A stretch of 64,000 nt of DNA from Neoechinorhynchus agilis (Eukaryota; Animalia; Acanthocephala): the NCBI GenBank assembly GCA_051530055.1, contig CM121342.1:6013489-6077488 (forward strand). The letters run 5' to 3'. A program made the translations under genes and the position numbers. Numbering within the stretch: the first letter of the stretch is position 1; each line of letters opens with the position of its first letter. Below the pieces are notes generated by a model that worked only from the letters and a program-made list of their open reading frames with translations, was not told the origin of the DNA and did no database searches. Shown here one piece after another: positions 37,872 to 50,705 of this stretch.

Positions 37872-38484
37872 AACAAGTTGTCCGAATCCTGGTAGTTCAA
37901 CACATCTCGTGCTTCCGGAATCGTTGAAACTCCTTCCTGTTCTTGTGAACAGTCTTTTACGATCGGATTCGCTTATAGGAGCTCAAAACGTGAGTGTGGA
38001 CACCAAAGCTTATTTACTAAGATGCCTCATGTCGATGTCAACGCCTCGGATTTGTCAAATGCTTTATCCAACGCTGATTTCACTTTTGGACAACGATCAA
38101 GTAGATTTACGGTGCTCGTCCAAAGAGATGTCGCCGGATCGCGTACTCTTGCTCGATAATGGATTCGAGATGTTTATCTGGATGGGAAGTGGAGTGGATG
38201 CGAGCATTAGAACCCAAGTGATGGCTGCAGTGAATAGCGTAATGAATCGAGACAGTGCCGATGGACAGGAAGCTGTTTATCAAAAGGTGAAGAATCTCTT
38301 GAACAGTAGAATGACGGCACATAAGAAATTGATAAAGGTGATGATTGTGGCGGAACATGACAGCCAGGAGATTGCTTTCAAGAACCAAATGGTAGAAGAA
38401 GCTGGGTTTGTCGCAGGCGGAACATCTTATGCGGAGTTTCTACTCGACTTACATAAGGAAATTCGAGGAATCAGCGGTTTGTGA
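37872..38484 (+). CDS. SEC24: SEC24C/D C-terminal exon (helical and gelsolin-like domains)
   Basis: LVLPESLKLLPVLVNSLLRSD, LLDNGFEMFIWMG and GGTSYAEFLLDLHKEIR; AG acceptor at 37870-37871. Confidence 0.85.
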
Positions 38485-38817
38485 GATTGGAGAACAATTA
38501 AAGCAATTTAAGTTCGCTTTCCGTAAAGAATTCGTTTGGAATTGGGTTCAGTTTTTAAAGTGTTTTTTTCAGGTTCAATAATTTCCAATAATTAGTCAGC
38601 AATCTACCAATTTTTAACTTTCAATTCCAAGCCTTTTTTTAATACAAAAACTCCTTACTCTTTTCATTTCGTAAAATCATAAATGGGAAATTTGCTTTAT
38701 GCTCGTTGTTCCAAGATTCCGAAACGAATTCAACCGTACCAACGGGAATAATTTTAACCATCATTTGTTCAGCTCTCTTCTCTGTCTCCCATTCCTAAAT
38801 CCAGAAAACTTTCTTCT

Positions 38818-39227
38818 TCTGTTGTCGTTTTTCCTGATTTTACGACTTTTCAATTCCGACTTTTTCTCCACCCCTCTAAAATTCCAACTTTTCTTTTCCG
38901 ATTAAACATTTTCCCCAACATTTCGAAATCCGAGACGAACAAATTGACCATCCGAAGACTAGAATTTTGGTTTTTACGCTCTTTAAACAGAAGTTTATCG
39001 AAAACTCTCAATTTTTCTGAACGAAATGTCTATTAAAGGTTTTGTATTTCCGCAATCCTTTTCTTCTAATCTCTTTAAAAAAAATTAAAACCTTTCACAA
39101 GAGGAGAGGTGCGGTCTAACGCTTTCATTCCTCCAAAATTTCAACTCAATAACATTTTCCATCGTTCAGTTGATCGTTCAAATTTCTACTTTTGCTCTTT
39201 GTTCCCCACGGCTCAATTCTTCAAACA
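38818..39227 (+). repeat. Dispersed 410-bp repeat, copy A
   Basis: Near-identical reverse complement at 60930-61339. Confidence 0.9.
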
Positions 39228-39364
39228 TTCCGTGGTCCATATGAAAATTAAAAGAATTTTGTGAAGAGCTTAAAGCATTTTATAAAAAAAAAGATTTACA
39301 TAAAGCGTATGAAGTTCACCAAAGCAACTCTGCTTTGGTTCATCAAATAGGATTGCGCCATGAT

Positions 39365-40378
39365 CTATGGACTATCATCGTAATGTCTTTTAAAGCTTTG
39401 CAAGTAAGTAAACTCCTTAACTGAACTGTTTTCTAGCTCTTTCCTTACTCGATCCGTCACATTTTGCTGATATTCGATAGATCGAGTGCTGAGTGCTTTG
39501 ATGTTGTCCGCGAATTTACTGAGATCAAAAGTTTTGACTTTTTCTTTGAATATCTTCAAATAAGTGCTTTGGAGTTCAGTTAAAGGTTCTGTTGGATTCT
39601 TAAGAGTGATTCGGTGAGATGCCATTACAGGGAAGAGTTCGTCTCGTAAGAACAATTCAATGTTCTTTAATGTTGAAAGTCGAATAGGTTCGTGCCTTCG
39701 AAATATCGAAAGCAAAGAGCGGGCTCCATTGAGTTCATTCTCGTCCTCTATTTGGAGATTTCTAGAGATATTAAAACTTCAAAGAATAATACCTAGGATT
39801 TGTCCATCTTCGGTTTTTTGAATAAATCTATCCATCGTCGGAATCATTGAACATAGGTTTGCAAAAAGAGATTTTTTCTCAGATTCCTTTGGATTTTCGT
39901 TACTCAAAAGTTCGATTTCGAATGACTCGCTTATATCATCTGAATCTTTAAAACCATTCGATGGTTCATTTAGATCTTCTCGCGATCGTCGTTCAATGGA
40001 TTCCAGTCGCAATGTCTCGCACAACACTTCCACTTTATTCTGATACTCACCTGAATCATTGCATTGGGAATAAATTTGGCTTTCCAGTTCTAAAGCTTGA
40101 CTTGGTGATCTGCGATCACTTTCTCTTAGTAAACTTTGCCTGGAGTTCATTGTGGCAATAATCGAAACGATCACGGAAACTTACAGTGTCCCTACAACTG
40201 TTCGCCGAAATTCTTCAAGAATATCGAGCTTTCGATCGAGATTTAACGAACCTTGGTCTGGTGGATCCATCATGGTTGTTAGAGCTCGGCGATGCCGTTT
40301 ACGTGGGTGAAAACACATCGCAGTGACCGCAATCCATTTCGAACCGACGACGGTTATTTGAGTAGGCCTAAAATTCAT
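39365..40378 (-). CDS. Hypothetical multi-exon protein, family not recognised
   Basis: Three ORFs are joined in frame by GT-AG introns at 40140-40184 (45 nt) and 39748-39793 (46 nt). Both ends are uncertain. Confidence 0.6.
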
Positions 40379-40476
40379 CAACTTATCCACATTGTGGATA
40401 TTTTTTGGGGTTTCAAGTCAGTTTTCATGCCTTCAGGGAATTTTATGACCGTTCTCGAGGGTTTAAACTCTGCTCA

Positions 40477-40734
40477 ATCTCACACTTTTGACTTTTCAGT
40501 TACTGATCACAAATCGATCGATTTTTGTTTCCGTAGTTTAATCGGAAAAAGAAGACAAATGTTTTTATGGACTTTATTCCATAAACTGTTTTGTGCCATT
40601 AAATTCGTGATCAATGATCATTTCATGTCTTCAAAAATGACTCCATCTCACACTTTTCAGTTACTGATCACAAATCGATCGATTTTTGTTTCCGTAGTTT
40701 AATCGGAAAAAGAAGACAAATGTTTTTATGGACT
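40477..40734. repeat. Direct repeat, about 90-97 bp, two copies
   Basis: atctcacactttt...atggact at 40477 and 40645. Confidence 0.85.
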
Positions 40735-41053
40735 GAGCTGGAAATCAGTAATCTATTAATAGATATTTGTTGATTATTCTTTTCCTCTGCTCAGTTCTTA
40801 ACCTAAAACGATGATATAAAAGTTATCTCTTTTTATCTGGTTAACGTTAGTTTTTATTACATAAATAGTTCATATAGAATCTTTGAGATCAATAAAGACG
40901 GAAATGTGCTTGTAAAAGTAGGTTTTGTGAGATCTTTTCACTTAAAATAAGTTTCGCCTTTATCGTCCTTTTATTGTCTTTAAATTCCAATCAAGCGTCT
41001 TTGACGCTTCAACGATGAAAGCTAATAAGCGTGAAACTATCTTAAAAGAACGT

Positions 41054-41315
41054 TCATCCATTCTGAAGTTCAAAGAAAATGTCAATGCTGTAGATAATTA
41101 AATCTTAATAATAAGTTGACATGCGATAATTGGCAGTCTCTTGCCTTCTACGGAACGTTATCCGTCTGATTTTTGTCATAAATATTTCTCATCTCATTCA
41201 CATCTTTATTGAATGAGAAATATTTATCGAGACTGCCGATTATCGCATGTCAACTTATTATTAAGATTTAATTATCCACAGCATTGACATTTTCTTTGAA
41301 CTTCAGAATGGATGA
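41054..41315. repeat. Inverted repeat, 87-bp arms, two transition mismatches, 88-nt spacer
   Basis: 41054-41140 is the reverse complement of 41229-41315. Confidence 0.93.
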
Positions 41316-41506
41316 TTTAAGGTGGGACAATCTCTTTATGCGAACGTACCTTAAAGATGCAATACGATTTTATAAATTAATCGATTTGGCGGAAAACGGT
41401 TTTTCTTTGATCGCTGATCGTAGAGAAAAACTATGCTTTTCATTTTCCGAAATTAGAGTATGAATTATACCCACATAAAAATATCTATTTGAAAGTTTCA
41501 CGTACC

Positions 41507-41957
41507 ATTACTCAAATGATTGGGAACGACACTGATTGGCCGGAAAACAATTTAAAAAACAAAGTTTTTCGCGTGCCATCTTAAAAAATGTTTACTCAAA
41601 TGATTGGGGACGATACTGATTGGCCGGAAAACAATTTAAAAAACAAAGTTTTTCACGTGCCATCTTACAAAATGTTTACTCAAATGATTGGGGACGATAC
41701 TGATTGGCCGGAAAACAATTTAAAAAACAAAGTTTTTCACGTGCCATCTTAAAAAATGTTTACTCAAATGATTGGGGACGACACTGATTGGCCGGAAAAC
41801 AATTTAAAAAACAAAGTTTTTCACGTGCCATCTTAAAAAATGTTTACTCAAATGATTGGGGACGACACTGATTGGCCGGAAAACAATTAATAAAAAACAA
41901 AGTTTTTCACGTGCCATCTTACAAAATGTTTACTCAAATGATTGGGAACGACACTGA
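41507..41957. repeat. Tandem array, 84-bp unit, about 5.3 copies
   Basis: tttactcaaatgattggg at 41591, 41675, 41759, 41843 and 41930. Confidence 0.93.
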
Positions 41958-42389
41958 TTTTTCTAAGAATCAATTAGGCGATTAAAGTGGATAAGATGTA
42001 ATATTCAAGAGCATTTTAAGATATGCGCCCCTGCCCCTATGATCTCGAAGCCAAGTAACCATTTTTTTTCTAACAACATTATAGCACACAACTGCGACGA
42101 ATTACATTTAAAGAATTCGTCATTAAAAGCTCTCCTCTTATATTGAGCGCCTTTGCACTCGCATTTTTCTCAAGGATAAAAGCCTTTTATATAATTCGAT
42201 TGCTATTAACCGAATCGTTTGTTTTTGATATAGACAATGAAAAAACGAACGGAGAGCGAGATGCCATTAGGTTAATGGATGAGAATGAGACTCACTTCTT
42301 GACGATAAAGAGGCATTTTCGTTAAAGATCAATGATTTATTAACACGAACGACTTTTTACAAGACTCGTGTGATTGAGACACTAAAAGC

Positions 42390-43604
42390 CTATTGGCTGT
42401 TGTTGTTTGGTGACCGTTCATTTGACCCGTTAGCGGAATTGCTTTGAGCTGCTAACATTGACGAAGGACTGGGCGTTTGTTGTTTTCCATTGGCACCGGA
42501 GGCGAATCCGCTATTAGAAGAACTGTCGTTAGATCTGGATTTGGTTGCGTTTATGGTACGGCTGCTGCTACTTGCTGGACTGGGCGAATGCGACGATGTT
42601 TGAGCACGTCTTTTTCGTTTTGGTTGGGAATTCGCTGGACTCAGTCTTTTAAGAGGTGCCGTGCCAGAGCAGGCAGTTGCTGCGGCGAGAAAAGCAGCAT
42701 TCGCCCAGAAAGGAGGTGCCATTGTTGTAATCTGTGGAGGAAGGATAAGTCCTGGCTGTTGTGATGGTGGTAGAACATTTGTGTTATTTGAAGGGTTTAT
42801 AAAGTTGTTGAAAGGTCCGTTGCCATTAGGACCGGCACCATTGTTGACTTGCGTTTGTTGGATAAGTGCAGCGGCAGCGGCTAGGACAGCGTTTGAGAAG
42901 TCTTGTTGGTTAGTTACGCTCCCAGCGAACATTTCAGTTCCATTAGAAACTGAAGATGTTGGTACAGCAGCGAGTAGAGGAGGAAACCGTCGATTGGATG
43001 ATGGCACCAAAGGGAATTGGGTTGGTCTGCCTTGCGGTGGACCATTATTGATCTGTTGTTGTTGTTGTATAACGGCTCTGTCCGGATATTTTCTTTTATT
43101 CCCACTTGATTGATGATTAGTGTGTGGTTGAAAGGGCATTGGAGATTTTGTGGATCCGCCACTACTGAGTTTATGCCGTGCGATGGCGGCTGCAATGGTC
43201 CAATGCATTTTGCTCCAAACGCCTTTTCTGGCAGGTTGTTGTTGTTGTAGCGAAGGTGGAATGAGTTGTGTTGTTGTTGTTGGGCAGTTGTTGGATAGAC
43301 TGACCGTTGTTGTTGTTGTTGGTTGATTGCCGGTGGTTTGTCGCCTGAGTAATGGAGGTATTGGAGGCCGTAGAGCTTGATCTGGTTTGGCGGATAAGAA
43401 GCAATGGTTGAGTTCCTGAAGGGCGATTTGTATATCCTTAGGAGTGGGTATACAGGCTGGTGGGATAGAAGGTCCGATAACTGGTGAGAAAGTGTGATGA
43501 TGTCCTTGACTGATGAAATTAAGAAGTGCTTGAGCACTCGAAGGTAACTGTTGACCATGTCCCGTCGGTGGTGGAGCGCTTCCCGATGGATTCATGGCGT
43601 ACAT
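42390..43604 (-). CDS. Q/P/N-rich protein with an AUTS2/fibrosin/Tay-like motif (404 aa)
   Basis: Long ORF with coding-like GC content. RKGVWSKMHWTIAAAIARHK fits the G-x-W-x-x-M-H-x-x-I-A-x-x-I-x-x-H pattern. Additional exons are possible. Confidence 0.6.
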   Translation of the reverse strand: MYAMNPSGSAPPPTGHGQQLPSSAQALLNFISQGHHHTFSPVIGPSIPPACIPTPKDIQIALQELNHCFLSAKPDQALRPPIPPLLRRQTTGNQPTTTTTVSLSNNCPTTTTQLIPPSLQQQQPARKGVWSKMHWTIAAAIARHKLSSGGSTKSPMPFQPHTNHQSSGNKRKYPDRAVIQQQQQINNGPPQGRPTQFPLVPSSNRRFPPLLAAVPTSSVSNGTEMFAGSVTNQQDFSNAVLAAAAALIQQTQVNNGAGPNGNGPFNNFINPSNNTNVLPPSQQPGLILPPQITTMAPPFWANAAFLAAATACSGTAPLKRLSPANSQPKRKRRAQTSSHSPSPASSSSRTINATKSRSNDSSSNSGFASGANGKQQTPSPSSMLAAQSNSANGSNERSPNNNSQ

Positions 43605-44212
43605 CTAAGGAGTTGCTTTTCGGAGGGCCTATTAAGTCAATTGTTTCCTCGTTCGGTCTCCGTGGTTTCAGATTAGGAAAATTCTCGTTAGCGGAGACGA
43701 ATGGTTGTTGTCTCGCTGCAGCCGAGGCTGTTTCCGTCGCTGATAGCGAGAATGGCATTACAAGCTTGACTTGACACGTTCTCAGAGAAAGCAGAGTACA
43801 TGCCTAATTTATGAGAAGAGGAGGGAAAGACCGAGACAATCTAGTTATCGTGTGCCGGAATTGCATCAAACACACACACATAAAAGGTGTCAACCAACCA
43901 AGAAGAGAAGATTGTGACCGACGAGTCCAAAACAAGGATGAACGAGTTTAAGAAAAACGAGACGCTGTGGAAATGTCATACTTGCTCGCTTTTTTTTTCT
44001 TAATAAAAAAACACACAATTTTGACAACCATGAAAAAAGAGACACATCATAACCAAGAATTTTACGCCCGTCCAAATGCGAACCCAAAATGGGAATCCTA
44101 ATCGGCATGATGAAATTAGTTTTCCCACAAAAACAACACAATTTTGGGGTTGTTCACCGGAAAAAACCAACGATCTTGCGCCGCGTACACACAAATGAAC
44201 GGGTGCGGATTT

Positions 44213-44820
44213 GTTGAACAAAAACCATCTTTATTCGAGTGAATTTCCCCGTCTAAAAATGAACGGGTCCGAATTTTTTCTCGTGAAAATAATAGTTAAA
44301 AACTTTCGTCTAAAAAATGAACGGTTTCGGATTTTTTTTCGTGAAAATCCTAGTTAAAAACTTCCGTCTAAAAAAATGAACGGGTGGGGATTTGTTGAAC
44401 AAAAACCATCTTTATTCGAGTGAATTTCCCCGTCTAAAAATGAACGGGTGGGGATTTTTTTTCGTGAAAATAATAGTTAAAAACTTTCGTCTAAAAAATG
44501 AACGGTTTCGGATTTTTTTTCGTGAAAATCCTAGTTAAAAACTTCCGTCTAAAAAAATGAACGGGTGCGGATTTGTTGAACAAAAACCATCTTTATTCGA
44601 GTGAATTTCCCGTCTAAAAATGAACGGGTCCGAATTTTTTTCGTGAAAATAATAATTAAAAACTTCCGTCTAAAAAATGAACGGTTTCGGATTTTTTTTC
44701 GTGAAAATTAATCCTAATTAAAAACTTCCGTCTAAAAAAATGAACGGGTCCGAATTTTTTTTGTGAAAATCCTAGTTAAAAACTTTCGTCTAAAAATGAA
44801 CGGTTTCGGATTTGTTGAAC
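44213..44820. repeat. Array of about 59-bp monomers organised as an approximately 180-bp trimer
   Basis: aaatgaacgg recurs about every 59 bp, cycling through three variants. Confidence 0.85.
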
Positions 44821-44859
44821 AAAAAAACCCAACGATCTAAATCGTTGTGATTTTTTGTC

Positions 44860-45005
44860 GAAATACTTTGACAAACCCAAAATAATCACCGTGATCTTCA
44901 ATCTAAAAAAATGAGCGGCTATGATTTTTGTTATTGAAAAAAAATACTTTGACAAACCCAAAATAATCACCGTGAAGATCTTCAATCTAAAAAAATGAGC
45001 GGCTG
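44860..45005. repeat. Tandem duplication, about 80 bp
   Basis: aaatactttgacaaacccaaaataatcaccgtga...atgagcggct occurs twice. Confidence 0.85.
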
Positions 45006-46087
45006 AGATGTTTCTTGTGGAAATACATTGACAAACCCGATCTTAATCGTCGTAAAGAGCTCTTTCTCTCTTTCGACAGAGATCGATTTCGAAGTCTGCT
45101 CTTTTTCGAGGGGGGGGGGTTTGAGAACCTCCCGTTCGTCTGTAGTATTTGTGTGTGTGAATCCGAGTGTCGTATCAGTTTCTGGATCAATATCTCATTC
45201 TGGGCGTAAGAACGTAAAAGACAGCAATCAACAAGAAAACAAGCTTCTCAGATCATCACTAAAGATGGAATTGTCGGAACCGCCACCATAAGATCCCTTG
45301 TTTTTGGCTAAATACGCGGATATGGTTGTCAGCGGCACTCTAACAGCCATCAGCACTCGTATAATTGACAATTATGCGCACATCAAACCTCTTTTGGGAT
45401 AAATCTTCGTAAAATGGTTTAATGAGGAGGCGAGGAACTATTCATTAATATGTCGGAGCTTTACACACAAATCCTGGAAATGGATTTAGAAGCGATTCCG
45501 CGCTTTCGATATTGTCGACCAAATCCAATTAAGAATTCATAATGTTTCTCGTATAATTCAGTTTATCTCAGTTGATAAGACGTCGTCTTCGAGAAATATT
45601 CGACATATTATACGCCTGACAACCTAATCGAGTCCCACTAAAAGACACAACCAATGTAGAGCTGTTTTAACAAATGATTTATGCAAAGTATCAATTTCAT
45701 GCTATTCGTTTTGGTGGGGGAAGTCAATGATCATCGGAGGGAGGGAGGAAATTAAGCAAACGAGTTTAAATCAATCTTAATTAAACATGGGAATCAGGTG
45801 CTCGAGGGCTGTCGAGACAAGAACCCTTAATGGGTTGTAATAAGTCTCATTTGTAGAAGGAGAATGGCGCAATTCCACAAATGATTCGCAGTGTATATAA
45901 GAGAATTGCTCTTCATCTAACGCTTGTGATTCCGTTCCTTAGAATTTTGTAACTCCGAATTCCTTTTGGATATTAAATGGGCGTTGAATCGAAAAATAAC
46001 ACTTGATCCAACATTACTAAACAGGGAGCTGGAAAACTCGTTAATCGGTTGATCAAGACGTTAATATTCAAGAAAAGAAGATTGTCT

Positions 46088-46700
46088 TCCAAGAGAATGA
46101 ACACTTCTAAAACGTAAAATTGAACAGGAAAAATAATCGGGGTTTCTAATGGGGATTTTTTCGAAGAAAAAGATGCAGATAAAAAAGTTTTTCTCACAAG
46201 AGAATGAACATTTTTGAACATAAAATTGAACAGGAAAAATAATCGGGGTTTCTAATGGGGATTTTTTCGAAGAAAAAGATGCAGATAAAAAAGTTTGTTT
46301 TTCTCCCAAGAGAATGAACATTTTTGAACATAAAATTGAACAGGAAAAATAATCGGGGTTTCTAATGGGGATTTTTTCGAAGAAAAAAATGCAGATAAAA
46401 AAGTTTGTTTTTCTCACAAGAGAATGAACACTTTTGAACATAAAATTGAACAGGAAAAATAATCGGGGTTTCTAATGGGGATTTTTTCGAAGAAAAAAAT
46501 GCAGATAAAAAAGTTTGTTTTTCTCCCAAGAGAATGAACGCATTTAAACGTAAAATTGAACAGGAAAAATAATCGGGGTTTCTAATGGGGATTTTTTCGA
46601 AGAAAAAGATGCAGATAAAAAAGTTTGTTTTTCTCCCAAGAGAATGAACATTTTTGAACATAAAATTGAACAGGAAAAATAATCTGGGTTTCCAAATGGG
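46088..46700. repeat. Tandem array, 107-110 bp unit, about 5.5 copies
   Basis: aagagaatgaac at 46091, 46198, 46308, 46418, 46528 and 46638. Confidence 0.95.
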
Positions 46701-46869
46701 ATTTTGCAAGAAAGCGCTTCTATCGAAATAAAGATATTGAACAACACTACAAAAAATCCGTAATTTTAATGGACGTCTAAATAAAAAATAAAAGATCTTA
46801 ATTATTTTAAAATCGGTATTAGCCACGGGATTCCGTTAAACGCATTCTTGAATGTATAAGAAACAATTC

Positions 46870-47440
46870 ATGGCTTAAACGGTCGAAAGATTAACTCCTT
46901 CGCTGTCCATGGCTTTCAAAGCTTCCGCTTTAAAGAGCAAATAACTGAGCTTACCATAACCGGCTAATTTTAGCCAAATTTTCTAAAAAAAATATAAGAT
47001 TGTTTATTTTGATCCGGCGGTTGCAGTAGTTGCGATAATGTCACCAGTAGCATTCATCAAAGTTATCGGAGAGTTCGTGAGATCCAAAAGACCGGATATC
47101 ACGCCATGTGAAAGGTTAACGGATACGTCTAATCAATAAACAAATTAAATCGACCGGCGGAAGCGCCATAACCGAAATCTAAACAACAAGACCGCAAATT
47201 AGCGATGATGATATCGTCCAAACAAAATCCTGGCGGCCTAATGAGATTAAACACTTTAGATTCCTAAAGAAATTCATTTGGTTGACACATGCAAATGTCA
47301 TATCGGAGATAAGAAATAATAATTTAATACGAAAAAGATTCTAAGCCACAAACCATTGTTCAAAGTGCTCAATTTTCCTTTAAAGAGACTCGCTTTGGAC
47401 ACATTGAGGATGACAGCGACGTGAGTTCGGCTGCCACTTT
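46870..47440 (-). CDS. Possible multi-exon gene of unknown function (3' exons)
   Basis: GT-AG introns at 47254-47353 and 47129-47154 (26 nt) join GSRTHVAVILNVSKASLFKGKLSTLNN / VFNLIRPPGFCLDDIIIANLRSCCLDFGYGASA / DVSVNLSHG in frame. A further 27-nt GTAAGC...AG intron lies near 46920-46950. Upstream exons may lie beyond the 47.6-50.7 kb satellite. Confidence 0.35.
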
Positions 47441-47569
47441 TAAAATGAAGGTTGGGCTTTGACAGAAGACGTCAAAGAAGCTAACCAACAATTGAGAAGC
47501 ACGAGACGCAAATTTATACCTCTAGAAAATGTTCAAAAAAAGAATTTTCTAAACACAGAAAATAATTTG

Positions 47570-50500
47570 AAACCAAATTGAAGATTTCCCTATGCATGAA
47601 AAAAGACCGAAAATCGGTTCAATTTGCATTTCGTCTCTAGAAACGTTGAATTATGGAGAAAGCCAGCAATCGTCCACCATTGAAATGGTTTACGAATAAA
47701 TGGATTTAAATTTAAAAAAAGAAACAAAATTGAAGATTTCCTGGGCATAAAATAAGACCGGAAATCGATTCAGTTCGCATTTCGTCTTTACATTGAGAAA
47801 CATAGAAGTCTGGAGAAATGAAGGAATCGTGGACCATTGAAATGGTTTACAAATGGATTTAAATTTGAAAAAGAAACAAAATTGAAGATTTCCTGGGCAT
47901 AAAATAAGATAAAAAATCAATTCAGTTGGATTTAAATTTAAAAAAGAAACAAACTTTAAGATTTCCTTATGCATGAGAAAAGACCAAAAATCGATTCAAT
48001 TTGCATTTCGTCTTGAGAAACGTAGAACTCTGGAGAAAGCCAGCAATCGTCCACAGATGAAATGGTTTACGAATGGATTTAAATTTAAAAAAAGAAACAA
48101 AATTGAAGATTTCCTGGGCATAAAATAAGACCGGAAATCGATTCAGTTCGCATTTCGTCTTTACATTGAGAAACGTAGAACTCTGGAGAAATGCAGCAAT
48201 CGTCCACCTTTGAAATGGTTTACGAATAAATGGATTTAAATTTAAAAAAAGAAACAAAATTGAAGATTTCTTCAGTTCGCATTTCGTCTTTACATTGAGA
48301 AACGTAGAATTCTGGAGAAAGACAGGAATCGTGGACCATTGAAATGGTTTACAAATGGATTTAAATTTAAAAAAAGAAACAAAATTGAAGATTTCTCTTG
48401 TTTGTTTGTTTCAGTTCGCATTTCGTCTTTACATTGAGAAACGTAGAATTCTGGAGAAAGCAGCAATCGTCCACCGTTGAAATGGTTTACAAATGGATTT
48501 AAATTTAAAAAAGAAACAAAATTGAAGATTTCCTGGGCATGAAAAAAGACCAAAAATCGATTCAGTTGCATTTCGTCTTGAGAAACGTAGAACTCTGGAG
48601 AAAGCAGAATCGTCTGAAATGGTTTACGAATGGATTTAAATTAAAAGGATTTAAATTTAAAAAAGAAACAAAATTGAAGATTTCTTCATGCATAAAGAAA
48701 CAAATTGAAGATTTTGAAAAAAAACAAAATTGATTCATTGCATTTCGTCTTGAGAAACGTTGAATTATGGAGAAAGCCAACAATCGTCCACAGATGAAAT
48801 GGTTTACGAATGGATTTAAATTTAAAAAAAGAAACATAATTGAAGATTTCCTGGGCATAAAATAAGACCGGAAATCGATTCAGTTCGCATTTCGTCTTTA
48901 CATTGAGAAACGTAGAACTCTGGAGAAAGCCAGCAATCGTCCACCGTTGAAATGGTTTACGAATGGATTTAAATAAAAAAAAAAGAAACAAAATTGAAGA
49001 TTTCTTCAGTTCGCATTTCGTCTTTACGTTGAGAAACGTAGAACTCTGGAGAAAGCCAGCAATCGTCCACCTTTGAAATGGTTTACGAATGGATTTAAAT
49101 TAAAAAAAAGAAACAAAATTGAAGATTTTTCAGTTCGCATTTCGTTTTACATTGAGACGTAGAATTCTGGAAAGGCAGAATCGTCACCTTGAAATGGTTC
49201 AATATGGATTTAAATTTAAAAAGGAACAAAATTGAAGATTTCCTGGCATAAAAAGACAAAAATCATTCGTTCAGCAATCGTCCACCTTTGAAATGGTTTA
49301 CGAATGGATTTAAATTAAAAAAAGAAACAAAATTGAAGATTTCTTCAGTTCGCATTTCGTCTTTACATTGAGAGACGTAGAATTCTGGAGAAAGGCAGGA
49401 ATCGTCACTTGAAATGGTTTGGATTTAAATTAAAATTGCTGGCATGAAAAAAGACCAAAAATCGATTCTGTTCGCATTTCGTCTTGAGAAACGTGTTTGG
49501 GAAGCAAATCGTACTGAAATGGTTTACGAATGGATTTAAATTTAAAAAAGGAACAAAATTGAAGATTTCTTTCAGTTCGCATTTCGTCTTGGGTGTTGGG
49601 AGCAATCGTCCACCTTGAAATGGTTTACGAATGGATTTAAATTAAAAAAAAGAAACAAAATTGAAGATTTCTTCAGTTCGCATTTCGTCTTTTTGAGAAA
49701 CGTAGAATCTGGAGAAAGTGGATTTAAATTTAAAAAAGAAACAAATTGAAGATTTCCTGGCATAAAGACCAAATCGATTCGTTCGCATTTCGTCTTGAGA
49801 AACGTAGAATCTGGAGAAGCCAGCAATCGTCCACCTTTGAAATGGTTTACGAATGGATTTAAATTAAAAAAAAGAAACAAAATTGAAGATTTCTCAGTTC
49901 GCATTTCGTCTTTACATTGAGAACGTAGAATCTGGGTGTGAAATGGAGAATGGATTTAAATTTAAAAAAGATAAAAGAAAAAACGTAGAATCTGAGAAAG
50001 CCAGCAATCGTCCACCTTTGAAATGGTTTACGAATGGATTTAAATTAAAAAAAAGAAACAAAATTGAAGATTTCTTCAGTTCGCATTTCGTCTTTACATT
50101 GAGAGACGTAGAATTCTGGAGAAAGGCAGGAATCGTCGACCATTGAAATGGTTTTCGAATAAATGGATTTAAATTTAAAAAAGGAACAAAATTGAAGATT
50201 TCCTGCGCATGAAAAAAGACCAAAAATCGATTCTGTTCGCATTTCGTCTTGAGAAACGTAGAACTCTGGAGAAAGGCAGGAATCGTGGACCATTGAAATG
50301 GTTTACGAATAAATGGATTTAAATTTAAAAAAGAAACAAAATTGAAGATTTCTTCAGTTCGCATTTCGTCTTTACGTTGAGAAACGTTGAATTATGGAGA
50401 AAGCCAACAATCGTCCACAGATGAAATGGTTTACGAATAAATGGATTTAAATTTAAAAAAGAAACATAATTGAAGATTTCCTGGGCATAAAATAAGACCA

Positions 50501-50705
50501 GAAATCGATTCAGTTCGCATTTCGTCTTGAGAAACGTAGAACTCTGGAGAAAGCCAGCAATCGTCCACCTTTGAAATGGTTTACGAATGGATTTAAATTA
50601 AAAAAAAGAAACAAAATTGAAGATTTCTTCAGTTCGCATTTCGTCTTTACATTGAGAGACGTAGAATTCTGGAGAAAGGCAGGAATCGTGGACCATTGAA
50701 ATGGT
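47570..50705. repeat. Complex satellite with variable 100-190 bp units
   Basis: Recurrent blocks gcatttcgtct, gagaaacgtagaa, tgaaatggtttacgaatggatttaaat and aaacaaaattgaagattt. Confidence 0.93.

Noticed and set aside
42477-43774. Several overlapping ORFs in other frames and strands
   Set aside because: Shadows of the GC-richer 404-aa ORF.
47570-50705. GACGAAA...CUGAAGA on the minus strand of the satellite
   Set aside because: The 10.1-11.1 pair is A-C and no cleavage strand was found.
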